The position numbers and the translations under genes are program-made. Under the pieces are notes generated by a model. The model searched no databases, had not been told where the DNA came from, and saw only the letters and a program-made list of their open reading frames with translations. This document shows positions 19,566 through 29,713 of a stretch of 64,000 nucleotides of DNA, one piece after another; within the stretch, counting starts at the first letter, position 1; every line of letters starts with the position of its first letter. The DNA is from Candidatus Polarisedimenticolia bacterium (lineage in GTDB: Bacteria > Acidobacteriota > Polarisedimenticolia > JACPZX01 > DASXTC01), in contig JBOGOC010000080.1 of NCBI GenBank assembly GCA_050747525.1, positions 18,294 to 82,293 on the forward strand. The letters are read 5' to 3'.

Positions 19566-19602
19566 GGCCGGCGGTCGGGGCCGATGCCCCCGATCGCCGG
19601 CC
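19566..19602. terminator. GC-rich hairpin between convergent genes (possible bidirectional terminator)
   Basis: GGCCGGCGGTCGGGG - loop - CCCCGATCGCCGGCC forms a 15-bp stem with one G-U pair. It lies between the stops at 19545 (+) and 19606 (-). There is no U tract. Confidence 0.45.
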
Positions 19603-19605
19603 GTC

Positions 19606-22600
19606 TCAGGGCGCGTCGCAGGTGTCCCCGGTGCCGTCGCCGTCCGTGTCGACCTGGCTGGGATTGCGGAACGCGGGGCAGTTGTCGTACAGGTCGTCTA
19701 CGCCGTCGCCGTCCGTGTCGTTCTCGGCGCGCGGGCAGGTGAAGGGCTGGGCGATGGGCACCCCCGAGGAATTCCTCCCCAGGACGCTCTCCAGTGACTG
19801 GCCGCAGCGCGACGACACGACGTAGTAGAGGACCGTCTGCTGGCGCGGCACCGCGGTGTCCGACGCCATCAGCGCGTCCAGGCCGCCGGCCAGGCATTCC
19901 TGGTCGTACGAGAAGGTGAGGCCGGTCGTCTTGTAGCCGCGGTACACGTTGTAGAAGGAGACCCCCGGCACCGCGCTCCAGGCCAGCCCGGTGACCGGGC
20001 CGGCCTGAGAGGCGGTCAGCGTGTTGCCCACTTCGGGGGGCGGCGGGTTGGCCAGGTCGAGCGGCGCGCAGTCGCAAAGGTTTCCGATGCCGTCGTCGTC
20101 CGTGTCGCACTGCTCGTCGGGGGTCCCCGGGACGGCGTCGCAGTCCGACGGCGGATTGAAGGCGTCGGGACAGTTGTCCGCGCAGTCGCCCACCCCGTCC
20201 AGATCGCTGTCGCGCGCCTCGTCGACCGCGCCATCGCAGTCGTCGTCGGCGCCGTTGCACAGCTCGGGCCCGGGGCCGGCATCGCGCAGGCACACCAGGC
20301 CGCCGCCCATGCAGGTCATGGTCCCGTCGTTGCACATGCCGATCTGGCCGGTGGTGCAGGTGGCGCCGCTCTCGGGGTGCCCTTCGTCCACCAGGCCGTT
20401 GCAGTTCTCGTCCAGCCCGTTGCACAGCTCGGGCACCGCGGCGAGCGAGTCGTCCTTCACACCGTCACAGTCGTCGTCGATGTCGTTGCACACCTCGGAC
20501 GCCTGCGGCCGGATGGCGGGATTGGCGTCGTTGCACTCTCCGCACAGGTCGCCAGGCAGCGGCAGGCATCCCGCCGTGCACACCGCCGCGCTGTCGTTGT
20601 CGGCGTCGGTGCAGGCCGCCACGACCTGCGTCATCACGGTCGCGCTGTTGTTGGCCGCCGCGCCGTCGAACGCCTCTGACGAGACCGTGACCGTGTTGCT
20701 CACCGCGGCAGCCACCTGCGTGGGAGTGACGTCGATCTCGATGACCACGGGGGCGCCCGTCGCGACGGTTCCCAGCTGGCACGTGACCGTTCCCGACGCG
20801 TGCAGGCAGCTGCCAGCCGTGGTGCTCGCGGCGGCGAAGCTCACGCCGGCCGGCAGCACGTCGGTCACGATGGTGCCGGTCGCGGGGTCGGGGCCCACGC
20901 TGGTGACGGTGGCCGTGTAGCGCAGGCTCCCGCCCACGGGAACCGGATCGGGCGAGTCGGTCAGGGCGATCCCCAGATCCGCGGTGAGGACCGGGCCGAC
21001 GCTGAGCACAACCGACGTGGGGCCGTAGGTGACATGCCACCCGAGGCCTCCGCCCAGCGGCGGCGCGTCGAGGGCCGCGAAGGTCCCGGTGCGGGAGGCC
21101 ATCGTCATGATGGAGAACGTGTCGCCGTTGGCGGGGACGAAAGGCGGGATGACCGAGACATGGAGCGTGCCGTCGAGCGTGGCCGCTGCGGTTCCGGTCA
21201 GGGCGAGCCGGTCGTGCTGCGTGCCGGGGGTCAGGCCGGCCACCTCCACCTCGAGCACGCCCGCGGCTGCCTGCGTGTAGTTGCCCGCGATGGTCAGGGT
21301 GCCGGGGCCGGGCGTGGCGGAGCCGGGGCCCGCGGTGCCGGCGCTCACGACGTTCCCCGTGGCGGTGCCGGTCCCCTCGAAGCGCCCCGCCTGGATGCTC
21401 GCGCCCGCGGAGAGCTGGATGGCGCCCGGAGCGAGCCGCGTGCTGCCGGCCGTCTGTGTGTAGGCCTGGCTGAGCTGCAGTGTGCCGGACTGTGCCTCCA
21501 CCACCCCCGCATTGGTGAGCAGGGGACCGATGCTCGTCAAGCCGCCGCTCGCCGCCTTGCGCAGGATGCCGCTGCCGAGCACGGCGATGGTGGGAGACGG
21601 CGCGCCGGACGAGGTGATGTCTGCGTCGGTCTGCATCAGCCAGGTGCCGGCGATGGAGAGGCTCGCCTGCGCCGTCAGATCGAGATTGGCGGTCCCCGTC
21701 CATGTGGCGTCGTTCACCTGCACCGCTCGCTGGCTCAGGAACCTGTTGGACGAACCCGAGAATGACAGGGGCCCCTGCACATCGAGCCCGCCCGCACCCG
21801 AGATCGTGCCGCCCGACCAGGTCATGTTGCCCGTCACCGTCACGCCGTCGGTCCCCGTGAGGGTCCCCGCCGTCAGCGCAAACGACGGAAGAACGATCGC
21901 CTCGCCGCTGCCGAGCGCCAGAGACCCACCCTCGATCGTCAGCACACCCAGCGAGGTCACCGTGGCGGCCGGCACGACGCTCACCGTCGCGCCCGAGACG
22001 GTGGTCTGCCCGGTGACGGCACAGGAGCCCTGCATCGTGACGGTGCCGGCGTCGAACCTCACCGTGCTCCCCGAGAGGCTCGACGTCGCGGACAGCGCGT
22101 GCGTGCCGCCGCCGAAGTCGAGGGTCGCTCCTGCTCCGATGGTCAGGCTGCCGGCGTGAGTGCCGTCACGCGTGAACGTCAGGGTGCCGCTCTGCACCGC
22201 CACGTTTCCCGCGCCGGTGTAGGGGACCCCGAGGGACGTGATCCCTGGACCTGCCGACTTCTTCAACAATCCCGCGTTCACGAACATCGGCGCGGAGGGC
22301 AGGCCGTCGCTGATCCCATGGTCGGACTGGAAGTCCCACGTTCCGTTGCTCTGGATGATGGCCCCAACCCCCATGGTCATGGTGTTGGTGCTGGTCCAGG
22401 TGGTGTCCACGAGGGTAAGCGTCCGCTGGTTCAGGGTCTTTGACGTTGAGCCAGATATCGAGAGCAGCCCCTGCACGGCGAAGGGACCGGTCCCCGAGAT
22501 CGTTCCTCCCGACCACGTCATCGCTCCGGTCACCGTGACGCCGTCGGATCCGGTCATCGTCCCCCCCGACTGGGCCACGGACGGCACCACGATCGGGCCG

Positions 22601-25600
22601 CCGCTGTCGAGCGTCAACGTGCCGGCGGAAAGGGTCAGGGCGCCCATCGCGGTCACGGTGGAGGAGGAGGTGAAGGTCGCCACCGAGCTGACGATGGTCT
22701 GCCCGGTCACGTCGTAGGTGCCACCCACCGTCACCGTGCCGGCCGTGAACCGGACGGTTCCCCCCGTGGACGAGATGCCGGACGACGCCGCCAGCACGTG
22801 TGTGCCGCCTCCGAACGTGAGGCCGGACGCCGGGGCCACCGAGAGGCTTCCCGCGTGCGTGCCGTCGCGCGTGAAGCTCAAGGTCCCGGTCTGCAGCTGC
22901 ACGTTCCCCGTGCCCGTGTAGGGGACCCCGAAGGTGGTGAGTCCCGCGTCCGCGGTCTTTCGCAGCAGGCCCGCGTTCACGAACATCGGCGCGGGGGCCG
23001 TGCCGTCGCTGAGGCCCGCATCGGTCTGGAAATCCCATGTCCCGTTGCTCTGGATGATGGCGCCGATCCCCATGGTCAGCAGGTTGGTGCTGGTCCAGGT
23101 GGTGTCGCCGAGCGTGAGCGTCCGCTGGTTCAGCGTCTTGGACGTGGAGCCGGATATCGTCAGCAGGCCGTTGACCGTGAACCCGCCGGTCCCCGCGATC
23201 GTGCCCCCTTGCCAGCTCATGGCCCCGGTCACGGTCAGGTCGTCGGCGCCCGTGATGGTGCCCGAGAGGTACGTCAGCGCAGGGACGGCGATGGGTTCTC
23301 CGCTGTTGAGAATGAGGGTGCCTCCGTTGACCGTCAGCGTGCCCAGCCCCGCTACCGTGGCGGATGGGTTGACGGTCACCGTCGCCGAGGTGATCGACGT
23401 CTGCGCGAGAGCGCCGAGCGTGCCATCCACGCTGGCCGTCGATCCGGTGAACGTAACCCTGTCTCCCGAGACGCTCGACGTGGCGGCGAAGGTGTGCGTG
23501 CCGCCGCCGAACGAGAGTGTGGCTCCGGGTGAGGATGTCAGGGCGCCGGAGTGGGTCGCGTTGCGCGTGAAGTTGAGGGTCCCTACCTGGACCTCCACGC
23601 CGCCCGTTGCCGTGTACGGCACCCCCATGTTCGTGCTGCCTGTTCCGACCGATTTGCGCAGGGTGCCGGCGTTGACGAACGAAGGCGCGGGGGCCACGCC
23701 GTCGCCGAGCCCAGCGTCCGACCGGAAGTCCCATGTGCCGTTGCTCTGGATGACGGCGCCGATCCCCATGGTCAGCGTGTTCGTGCTGGTCCAGGTGGTG
23801 TTGCCGAGCGTGAGCGTCCGCTGGTTCAGCGTCTTGGACGTGCTGCCCGATATCGTCAGCAGGCCGTTGACGGTGAACGGTCCTGTCCCAGCGATTGTGC
23901 CGCCCTGCCAGCTTATCGCTCCGCTCACCGTGATGGAGTCGCCACCGGTCAAGGTGCCGGATGACAGGGTGAGAGACGGCAGAACGACGGCTTCGCCGCT
24001 GTTGAGAGACAGCGTGCCGGTGGTGATGGTCAGCGCGCTCAGTCCGGTCAGCGTGGCCGCGGCGTTGACGGTCGCCGTGCCCGACACGGTGGTCTGCGTC
24101 GTGACCGCCAGCGAGCCGTCGACCGTCGTGGTACCGGTGCCGAAGACGACACGATCGGCTGCGACGCTCGAGGTGGAGGTCAGGGTCTGGGTGCCGCCGG
24201 CGAACGAGACGGTGGCCCCCGGAGAGGTGGTGATGGTGCCGGAGTGGGTTGCGCTGCGCGTGAAGGAGAGGGTCCCCACCTGCACGTCCACCGCGCCGGT
24301 CCCGGTGCAGGGGACACCCACCGGCGTGGTCCCCGAGCCGGCCGACTTCTTCAGTGTCCCCGCGTTGATGAAGGAGGGGGCCGGGGCCACACCGTCGCTC
24401 AGCCCGAGGTCGGTGCGGAAGTCCCACGTTCCATTGCTCTGGATGACGGCGCCGATTCCCATGGTCACCGTCGTCATGGTGGTCCAGATGGTGTCGCCCA
24501 CGGTCAGGGTGCGCTGGTTGAGCGTCTTGATGGTTGTGCCGCTGATGGTGAGCGTTCCGTTCACCATCAGGCCGCCGCTCCCCGAGAGGGTGCCGCCCGA
24601 CCATCCGGCGTTGCCTGTGACGGTGAACAGGTCGGAGCCGCCGAGCGTGCCGCTCGAGAGCGTGAGCGAAGGGACCGAGATCGGCTCGCCGCTGCCGAGG
24701 TTCAAAGTTCCGCTCAGGATCGTCAGAGGGCCCAGGCTGGTGATGGTGGCTGCCGCGTTGACGTTCACCACGGCGCTGCCCGTGACGGTGGTCAGGCCGG
24801 TCACGTCGTACGACCCTTCCACGGCCACCGTGCCCGAGAAGGTGACCCGGTCGCCCGTGACGCTGGAGGTGGAGGTCAGCGTGTGCACGCCGGTGCCGAA
24901 GGTCAGTGTCGCCCCCGGCGAGATCGACAGCCCGGCGGTGTAGGTCCCGCCGCCGGTCAGGCTCAGGGTGCCCGTCTGCACGGAGATGGATCCGGGCCCC
25001 GTGCAAGGGAGATCCATCGTGGTGGTTCCGGTCCCCGAAGACTTGCGGAGGGTTCCGGAGTTGATGAAGGAAGGGGCGGCGCCTGTACCGGCGGAGAGCC
25101 CGAGGTTGCTCTGGAAGTCCCAGATCCCGTTGCTCTGGATCGTCGCCCCGTTCGAGACGGTGACCCCCACGGTGCTGGTGAAGGTGGTGGCGCCGACCGT
25201 CAACGGCTTCTGGGAGAGGGTCTTCGTCGAGCTTCCCCCGATGGAGAACGGTCCCTGCACGATGAGCGCCCCCGTGCCGGAGAGGGTCCCGCCATTCCAG
25301 TTGAAGGGGCCGTCGACCTGAAGCTGGCCCGCCCCGGTCAGTGTGCCCGCGATCATCGTGATGACGGCGGTCGGGCCCGCCGTGCTGGCAGCGTCGAGAG
25401 TCAGCGTATTGTTGATGAGGAGCGTCTGCGTGCCGGCGGTGCCGCCCAGGGTCAGGGTGTTGACCGTGGAAACTACGTTCAAGGTGACGGTGTAGGTGCC
25501 GTCAGGCGTGATGAGGACATCGTCGCCCGATGCCGGCGCGCCCGGCGGCGACCAGTTGCCTCCGTCGCCCCAGTTTCCGCTGGCCGGAGCGGCCCAGGTC

Positions 25601-25707
25601 TTGGTGGCGGCCATGGCGGCTGGGGCGCAGGCGAAAGCAGCCAACCCGAGGAGAACGCCGGCGAACAGGGATCGACCGAGGCGCGCGGAGAGGCGGGGCG
25701 GGCGCAT
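19606..25707 (-). CDS. giant secreted beta-helical repeat protein (adhesin-like), 2033 aa
   Basis: Signal peptide MRPPRLSARLGRSLFAGVLLGLAAFACAPAAMA, then a W..NW..PG.P...DDV lead-in typical of autotransporter-associated beta-strand repeat proteins, then six ~232-aa repeats. Next come a DUF11-like domain (LTDSPDPVPVGGSLRYTATVTSVG), CxxC/DDDCDG Cys-rich motifs, TSP3-type Ca-binding repeats (DSDLDGVGDCADNCP, DTDGDGVDDLYDNCP, DTDGDGTGDTCD) and a Cys-bracketed beta-sandwich. Confidence 0.9.
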   Translation of the reverse strand: MRPPRLSARLGRSLFAGVLLGLAAFACAPAAMAATKTWAAPASGNWGDGGNWSPPGAPASGDDVLITPDGTYTVTLNVVSTVNTLTLGGTAGTQTLLINNTLTLDAASTAGPTAVITMIAGTLTGAGQLQVDGPFNWNGGTLSGTGALIVQGPFSIGGSSTKTLSQKPLTVGATTFTSTVGVTVSNGATIQSNGIWDFQSNLGLSAGTGAAPSFINSGTLRKSSGTGTTTMDLPCTGPGSISVQTGTLSLTGGGTYTAGLSISPGATLTFGTGVHTLTSTSSVTGDRVTFSGTVAVEGSYDVTGLTTVTGSAVVNVNAAATITSLGPLTILSGTLNLGSGEPISVPSLTLSSGTLGGSDLFTVTGNAGWSGGTLSGSGGLMVNGTLTISGTTIKTLNQRTLTVGDTIWTTMTTVTMGIGAVIQSNGTWDFRTDLGLSDGVAPAPSFINAGTLKKSAGSGTTPVGVPCTGTGAVDVQVGTLSFTRSATHSGTITTSPGATVSFAGGTQTLTSTSSVAADRVVFGTGTTTVDGSLAVTTQTTVSGTATVNAAATLTGLSALTITTGTLSLNSGEAVVLPSLTLSSGTLTGGDSITVSGAISWQGGTIAGTGPFTVNGLLTISGSTSKTLNQRTLTLGNTTWTSTNTLTMGIGAVIQSNGTWDFRSDAGLGDGVAPAPSFVNAGTLRKSVGTGSTNMGVPYTATGGVEVQVGTLNFTRNATHSGALTSSPGATLSFGGGTHTFAATSSVSGDRVTFTGSTASVDGTLGALAQTSITSATVTVNPSATVAGLGTLTVNGGTLILNSGEPIAVPALTYLSGTITGADDLTVTGAMSWQGGTIAGTGGFTVNGLLTISGSTSKTLNQRTLTLGDTTWTSTNLLTMGIGAIIQSNGTWDFQTDAGLSDGTAPAPMFVNAGLLRKTADAGLTTFGVPYTGTGNVQLQTGTLSFTRDGTHAGSLSVAPASGLTFGGGTHVLAASSGISSTGGTVRFTAGTVTVGGTYDVTGQTIVSSVATFTSSSTVTAMGALTLSAGTLTLDSGGPIVVPSVAQSGGTMTGSDGVTVTGAMTWSGGTISGTGPFAVQGLLSISGSTSKTLNQRTLTLVDTTWTSTNTMTMGVGAIIQSNGTWDFQSDHGISDGLPSAPMFVNAGLLKKSAGPGITSLGVPYTGAGNVAVQSGTLTFTRDGTHAGSLTIGAGATLDFGGGTHALSATSSLSGSTVRFDAGTVTMQGSCAVTGQTTVSGATVSVVPAATVTSLGVLTIEGGSLALGSGEAIVLPSFALTAGTLTGTDGVTVTGNMTWSGGTISGAGGLDVQGPLSFSGSSNRFLSQRAVQVNDATWTGTANLDLTAQASLSIAGTWLMQTDADITSSGAPSPTIAVLGSGILRKAASGGLTSIGPLLTNAGVVEAQSGTLQLSQAYTQTAGSTRLAPGAIQLSAGASIQAGRFEGTGTATGNVVSAGTAGPGSATPGPGTLTIAGNYTQAAAGVLEVEVAGLTPGTQHDRLALTGTAAATLDGTLHVSVIPPFVPANGDTFSIMTMASRTGTFAALDAPPLGGGLGWHVTYGPTSVVLSVGPVLTADLGIALTDSPDPVPVGGSLRYTATVTSVGPDPATGTIVTDVLPAGVSFAAASTTAGSCLHASGTVTCQLGTVATGAPVVIEIDVTPTQVAAAVSNTVTVSSEAFDGAAANNSATVMTQVVAACTDADNDSAAVCTAGCLPLPGDLCGECNDANPAIRPQASEVCNDIDDDCDGVKDDSLAAVPELCNGLDENCNGLVDEGHPESGATCTTGQIGMCNDGTMTCMGGGLVCLRDAGPGPELCNGADDDCDGAVDEARDSDLDGVGDCADNCPDAFNPPSDCDAVPGTPDEQCDTDDDGIGNLCDCAPLDLANPPPPEVGNTLTASQAGPVTGLAWSAVPGVSFYNVYRGYKTTGLTFSYDQECLAGGLDALMASDTAVPRQQTVLYYVVSSRCGQSLESVLGRNSSGVPIAQPFTCPRAENDTDGDGVDDLYDNCPAFRNPSQVDTDGDGTGDTCDAP
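21298..25365 (-). repeat. six tandem coding repeats, period ~696 bp (~232 aa)
   Basis: The anchor motif K/R-T/F-L-N/S-Q-R/K recurs at aa 162, 394, 625, 857, 1090 and 1322. Copies 3-5 share long near-identical strings (SWQGGTIAGTG.FTVNGLLTISGSTSKTLNQRTLTLG.TTWTSTN..TMGIGA.IQSNGTWDF). The DNA is visibly similar too, for example 23108-23225 compared with 23801-23920. Confidence 0.85.
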
Positions 25708-25748
25708 CCCCTATTATCCGCCTGTCCGCGCGCAATGACGATGAAAAA

Positions 25749-26261
25749 CTACATGCCCGGGGCGGCGGCTTCCTGCCCGTAGGCGGCCTTGAGCTTCGCT
25801 TCCTGCTCGTTCGAGAGGTTGCTCGCGATCAGCTCCAGGCGGGGCAGGTTCTTCTTCATCTCTTCGAGGACGCGGTCCACGACGGCTCCGCTGGTCAGCA
25901 GGAAGAGGGCCGACGTGCCCTCCTTCACCTTGGTCCGCACGTCCTTGATGAACCGATCGTCGATGCCGTAGTCGGCGAAGTGGCCGCTGAGCCCTCCCAT
26001 CACCGCCCCGACCGCCATGCCCAGCAGGGGCACGAAGAACAGCAGGCCGAACAGCATCCCCCAGAACGCGCCGTCGAGCGCGCCCTTGGCCTTGAGGTTC
26101 GTCTGCTGGCGGGTGTGAGGCTTTCTGGCCCCCTCGGGCCACGACACGACGGCCGCGTCGTGCACCTGAATGAGGTTCTGCTTCATCAGGTTCTGCATGA
26201 GCGTGAGGCCTTTGTCGGCGCCATCCGGGGTTTCGAACTTGAAGACGGTCAACGTCGCCAT
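25749..26261 (-). CDS. DUF1269-type membrane protein
   Basis: MATLTVFKFETPDGADKGLTLMQNL...VHDAAVVSWPEG, a Gly-zipper TM region (GAFWGMLFGLLFFVPLLGMAVGAVMGGLSG), and FIKDVRTKVKEGTSALFLL. Confidence 0.88.
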   Translation of the reverse strand: MATLTVFKFETPDGADKGLTLMQNLMKQNLIQVHDAAVVSWPEGARKPHTRQQTNLKAKGALDGAFWGMLFGLLFFVPLLGMAVGAVMGGLSGHFADYGIDDRFIKDVRTKVKEGTSALFLLTSGAVVDRVLEEMKKNLPRLELIASNLSNEQEAKLKAAYGQEAAAPGM

Positions 26262-26489
26262 CGTCTCCTCCTTTCGTTCAAGAGGTGTCTACGCGGAGTT
26301 GGCCTGAGCCGGGAGCTTCACTGGACGACGTAACGAAGCGTGCACTGACGAGGAGCCCGAATCCTATCACACGTAAGCTGAATGCGTGGCTCCCTCATGG
26401 TGAAGGCGCGGGTATTGCGGCTAGCCTGATTTTCAGAGGCTTCCGCCCGCTGAGGCACTCGAGCAGCCTGAATCGGAAAGGAAGGGACC

Positions 26490-28043
26490 ATGTACGAAGC
26501 CACGTTGCCCCACGCTCCCCAGGAATCTCAGCCCCTGATGAAAAGACTGCTCGACACCGTCGAGCGGGTGGGAAACAAGGTCCCGCATCCGGTGGTGATC
26601 TTCGTGATGCTGATGGGACTCGTCATCCTGTTCTCCCACATCTTCTACATGATGGGGGCGAGCGTCACCTACGAGACCATCAACCCGGACACCGACGCCG
26701 TGGAGATGGTCACCACCTCGGCCCAGAGCCTGCTCACCGCGGATGGAATCAGCTTCATGTACTCCCAGGTGGTCGCGAACTTCATGAGCTTCACCGCGGT
26801 GGGCGTGATCATCGTGGCCATGCTGGGCGTGGGCGTGGCCGAGGCGGCCGGCCTGATCGGCGCCATGATCCGCAAGCTCGTGCAGGTGGCGTCCCCGGCG
26901 TCACTCACCTACATCCTGGTGTTCGTCGGGATCCTGTCCAGCATCGCCGCCGACGCCGGGTACCTGGTCCTGATCCCGCTGGCTGCGGCCGCCTTCCTCA
27001 GCGTGGGCCGGCATCCCCTGGTGGGGCTGGCTGCATCCTTCGCGGGCGTGGCCGCCGTCTTCAGCGTCAACATCTTCGTCAAGCCTCTGGACGGCATCCT
27101 GGTCGGCATCACCAACGACGCCATCCATCTGATGAATCCCGGCCTGTCGATCGACCTGATGTCCAATTTCTGGTTCTCCCTCGCTTCGGTCGTGCTGCTC
27201 ACCGTGGTGGTCTCGCTGATCACCGACAAGATCATCGAGCCTCGCCTGGGCCCGTACACCGAGGGCGGCGCGGCCGTTCCCCAGAAGAAGGGACTGTCCG
27301 CCGAGGAGTCGCGCGGGCTGAGGTTCGCGATGTGGGCGACCGTGGGGGTGCTGGCCTTCTTCGCCCTGCTCAGCCTGCCTCCGGGAGCGCCTCTGCGCAA
27401 TCACGAGACCGGCGCGCTGATCGGTGACTCGCCCTTCATGAACGGGCTGATCGTCTTCATCGCGGTGGTGTTCCTGGTGGCCGGAGCGGCTTACGGGATA
27501 GGGGCGGGAACCATGAGGGGCACCGTCAAGATCGTGGGAGCCATGGAAAAGGCGATCGCCGGGCTGGGCGGCCTGCTCCTGCTGCTGTTCGTCATCAGCC
27601 AGTTCCTGGCCTGGTTCACCTACAGCAACATGGCCACGCTGGCGGCCGTGAAGATGGGCGATGTCCTGGAGGCGGCGGGGCTCGGCGCGCTTCCGCTGCT
27701 GATTGGCTTCGTCGTGGTGGTGGGCGTGCTCGACCTGATCATGACGGGCGCGATACCGAAGTGGGCCATCTTCGCCCCGGTCTTCGTGCCGCTGCTGATG
27801 CGGCTGGGTGTCGAGCCCGAGGCCGTGCTGGCCGCGTACCGGGTCGGCGACTCGCCCTTCAACGCCGTCTCTCCCATGAACGCGTACTTCGCGTTGATCG
27901 TCTCGTTCGCGGCGAAGTATCAGAAGGACGCCGGGGTGGGGACGGTGATCGCCCTGATGCTGCCGTACGTGATCGCGCTCTTCATCATCTGGCCTCTGCT
28001 GCTGGGGGCCTGGCACGTGCTGGGGTTCCCATGGGGGCTGTGA
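26490..28043 (+). CDS. AbgT-family transporter (p-aminobenzoyl-glutamate/dipeptide-type)
   Basis: 517 aa, polytopic. LLDTVERVGNKVPHPVVIFVMLMGLVILFSH, then DAGYLVLIPLAAAAFLSVGRHPLVGLAA, then YRVGDSPFNAVSPMNAYF. Confidence 0.9.
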   Translation: MYEATLPHAPQESQPLMKRLLDTVERVGNKVPHPVVIFVMLMGLVILFSHIFYMMGASVTYETINPDTDAVEMVTTSAQSLLTADGISFMYSQVVANFMSFTAVGVIIVAMLGVGVAEAAGLIGAMIRKLVQVASPASLTYILVFVGILSSIAADAGYLVLIPLAAAAFLSVGRHPLVGLAASFAGVAAVFSVNIFVKPLDGILVGITNDAIHLMNPGLSIDLMSNFWFSLASVVLLTVVVSLITDKIIEPRLGPYTEGGAAVPQKKGLSAEESRGLRFAMWATVGVLAFFALLSLPPGAPLRNHETGALIGDSPFMNGLIVFIAVVFLVAGAAYGIGAGTMRGTVKIVGAMEKAIAGLGGLLLLLFVISQFLAWFTYSNMATLAAVKMGDVLEAAGLGALPLLIGFVVVVGVLDLIMTGAIPKWAIFAPVFVPLLMRLGVEPEAVLAAYRVGDSPFNAVSPMNAYFALIVSFAAKYQKDAGVGTVIALMLPYVIALFIIWPLLLGAWHVLGFPWGL

Positions 28044-28144
28044 CAGCTGACTGACTCGTCCGTGGAGCCTCCGCCGTCGACGACGGGGGCTCCGTCTGAA
28101 ACCGTGGAGGCCTCCTCCACGCCACCACCTGGAGAGAAAGACCG

Positions 28145-29713
28145 ATGGCAACTGCACAGAAAGAAGTGAAGCGCACGGCGCCTCAGGGAAAGATTGCTCT
28201 GGCCGAGATCGCTCCTATCCCTTCCCTCGAGCGGTACGCCGAGGTCGCCATCGAGGTCGACAAGGCCGTTCCCCAGGACGCGGACTGCGTCGCGGTTCCG
28301 GTCGGGATCGACGGCGAGGTGCCCCCTCAGATCGACCTGGACCGGGACACGCTCGCGGCGTCCGGATTCGAGGGGAGCGTAGGTCAGGTCCTGGTGCTGC
28401 CCCGGCGCGACGCTCCCACCATCGTCGCGGTGGGCATCGGCAGCAGGAAGGAAGTCGACGCGGCGAAGCTGCGTGACGCGGCCGCGGCGTTCTCCCGCGC
28501 GGCGCGCCGGCATGCCCACCTGGCCTGGATGCTCCCGGACGCATCGACCCCGCCGGCCGAACAGGCCGCGCAGGCGATCGTGGAAGGGGTGCTGCTGGCC
28601 AGCTACCGCTTCGACGCCCTGAAGGAAGAGATCGTCGGGCGCGAGCTGTCGCGGCTGACGCTGGTCGGCGCGCCCGACAAGCAGGCGGCCCTGAAGAAGG
28701 GGGCCGACCGCGGCCGCATCTTCGCCACCGCCGCCATGGTGGTGCGCGATCTGGCCGACGCGCCTCCGGCCTACCTGACGGCCAGCCGGCAGGCCGACGT
28801 CGCCAAGGATCTGGCGCGCGAGCGCGGCCTCACCATCGAGGTGTTCGACCAGGACGCGCTCCTGGAGCTGGGGTGCGGAGGCATCCTGGGCGTCAACGCC
28901 GGCAGCGTCGAGCCGGCGCGGATGATCCGGATCCGGTACAAGCCCAAGTCGGCCGGCGGCAAGGGCCGCAAGGACGCCGGTCATCTGATCCTGGTCGGCA
29001 AGGGGATCATGTACGACTCGGGCGGGATCAGCCTGAAGCCGGGTGACGCCAGTCACGCCACCATGAAGCAGGACATGTCCGGCGCGGCCGCCGTGCTGGG
29101 AGCCATGTGCGCGCTGTCGGAGCTGGAGTGCCCGACGGCGGTCACCGGCTATCTGATGTGCACCGACAACATGCCGTCGGGCTCGGCCATGAAGCTCGGG
29201 GACGTGCTGAAGATCTATGGCGGGAAGACGGTCGAGGTGCTCAACACCGACGCCGAGGGCCGGCTCGTCATGTCGGATGGCCTGGTGATGGCCAGCGAGG
29301 AGAAGCCCGACGCCATCGTGACCATCGCCACGTTGACGGGGGCGTGCCTGCGGGCGCTGGGCAAGGACATGGCGGGCGTGCTCGGCAACGACCAGCCGCT
29401 CGTCGATCAGGTGGCCGCCGCCGCGGACAGGACCGACGAGAAGGTGTGGCAGTTTCCGCTGCACCGGAACTACCGCAAGGAGCTCAACTCGGAGGTCGCC
29501 GACATGAAGAACATCGGCGGCGACTTCGCGGGGCAGATCGTGGCCGCGCTGTTCCTCGAGGAGTTCGTCGGCGACGTTCCCTGGGCCCACATCGACATGG
29601 CCGGGACGGCCAACATCGACAAGGACGAGTCCTGGCGATCCAAGGGCGCCAGCGGCTACGGCACGCGGCTCCTGATCGACATGGCGATGAACTTCACGCC
29701 GCCGAGGGCCTGA
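28145..29713 (+). CDS. pepA: leucyl aminopeptidase (M17 family)
   Basis: LVGKGIMYDSGGISLKPG and the M17 signature NTDAEGRLVMSDGL, followed by IVTIATLTGA. Confidence 0.95.
   Translation: MATAQKEVKRTAPQGKIALAEIAPIPSLERYAEVAIEVDKAVPQDADCVAVPVGIDGEVPPQIDLDRDTLAASGFEGSVGQVLVLPRRDAPTIVAVGIGSRKEVDAAKLRDAAAAFSRAARRHAHLAWMLPDASTPPAEQAAQAIVEGVLLASYRFDALKEEIVGRELSRLTLVGAPDKQAALKKGADRGRIFATAAMVVRDLADAPPAYLTASRQADVAKDLARERGLTIEVFDQDALLELGCGGILGVNAGSVEPARMIRIRYKPKSAGGKGRKDAGHLILVGKGIMYDSGGISLKPGDASHATMKQDMSGAAAVLGAMCALSELECPTAVTGYLMCTDNMPSGSAMKLGDVLKIYGGKTVEVLNTDAEGRLVMSDGLVMASEEKPDAIVTIATLTGACLRALGKDMAGVLGNDQPLVDQVAAAADRTDEKVWQFPLHRNYRKELNSEVADMKNIGGDFAGQIVAALFLEEFVGDVPWAHIDMAGTANIDKDESWRSKGASGYGTRLLIDMAMNFTPPRA

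Noticed and set aside
22166-25006. 946-aa alternative-frame ORF on the same strand as the giant repeat protein. The plus-strand ORFs 22934-24943 and 24244-25782 were also noticed.
   Set aside because: They are by-products of the periodic GC-rich repeat DNA. Only the 19606-25707 frame has a signal peptide, coherent beta-strand repeats and recognisable C-terminal domains.
28064-28120. Two hairpins after the AbgT gene (GGAGCC...GGCTCC at 28064-28093 and GTGGAGG-CCT-CCTCCAC at 28104-28120), considered as terminators
   Set aside because: No U tract follows either hairpin, and pepA follows within 25 nt with a plausible RBS. They are more likely mRNA structure within an operon, so they were not called as features.
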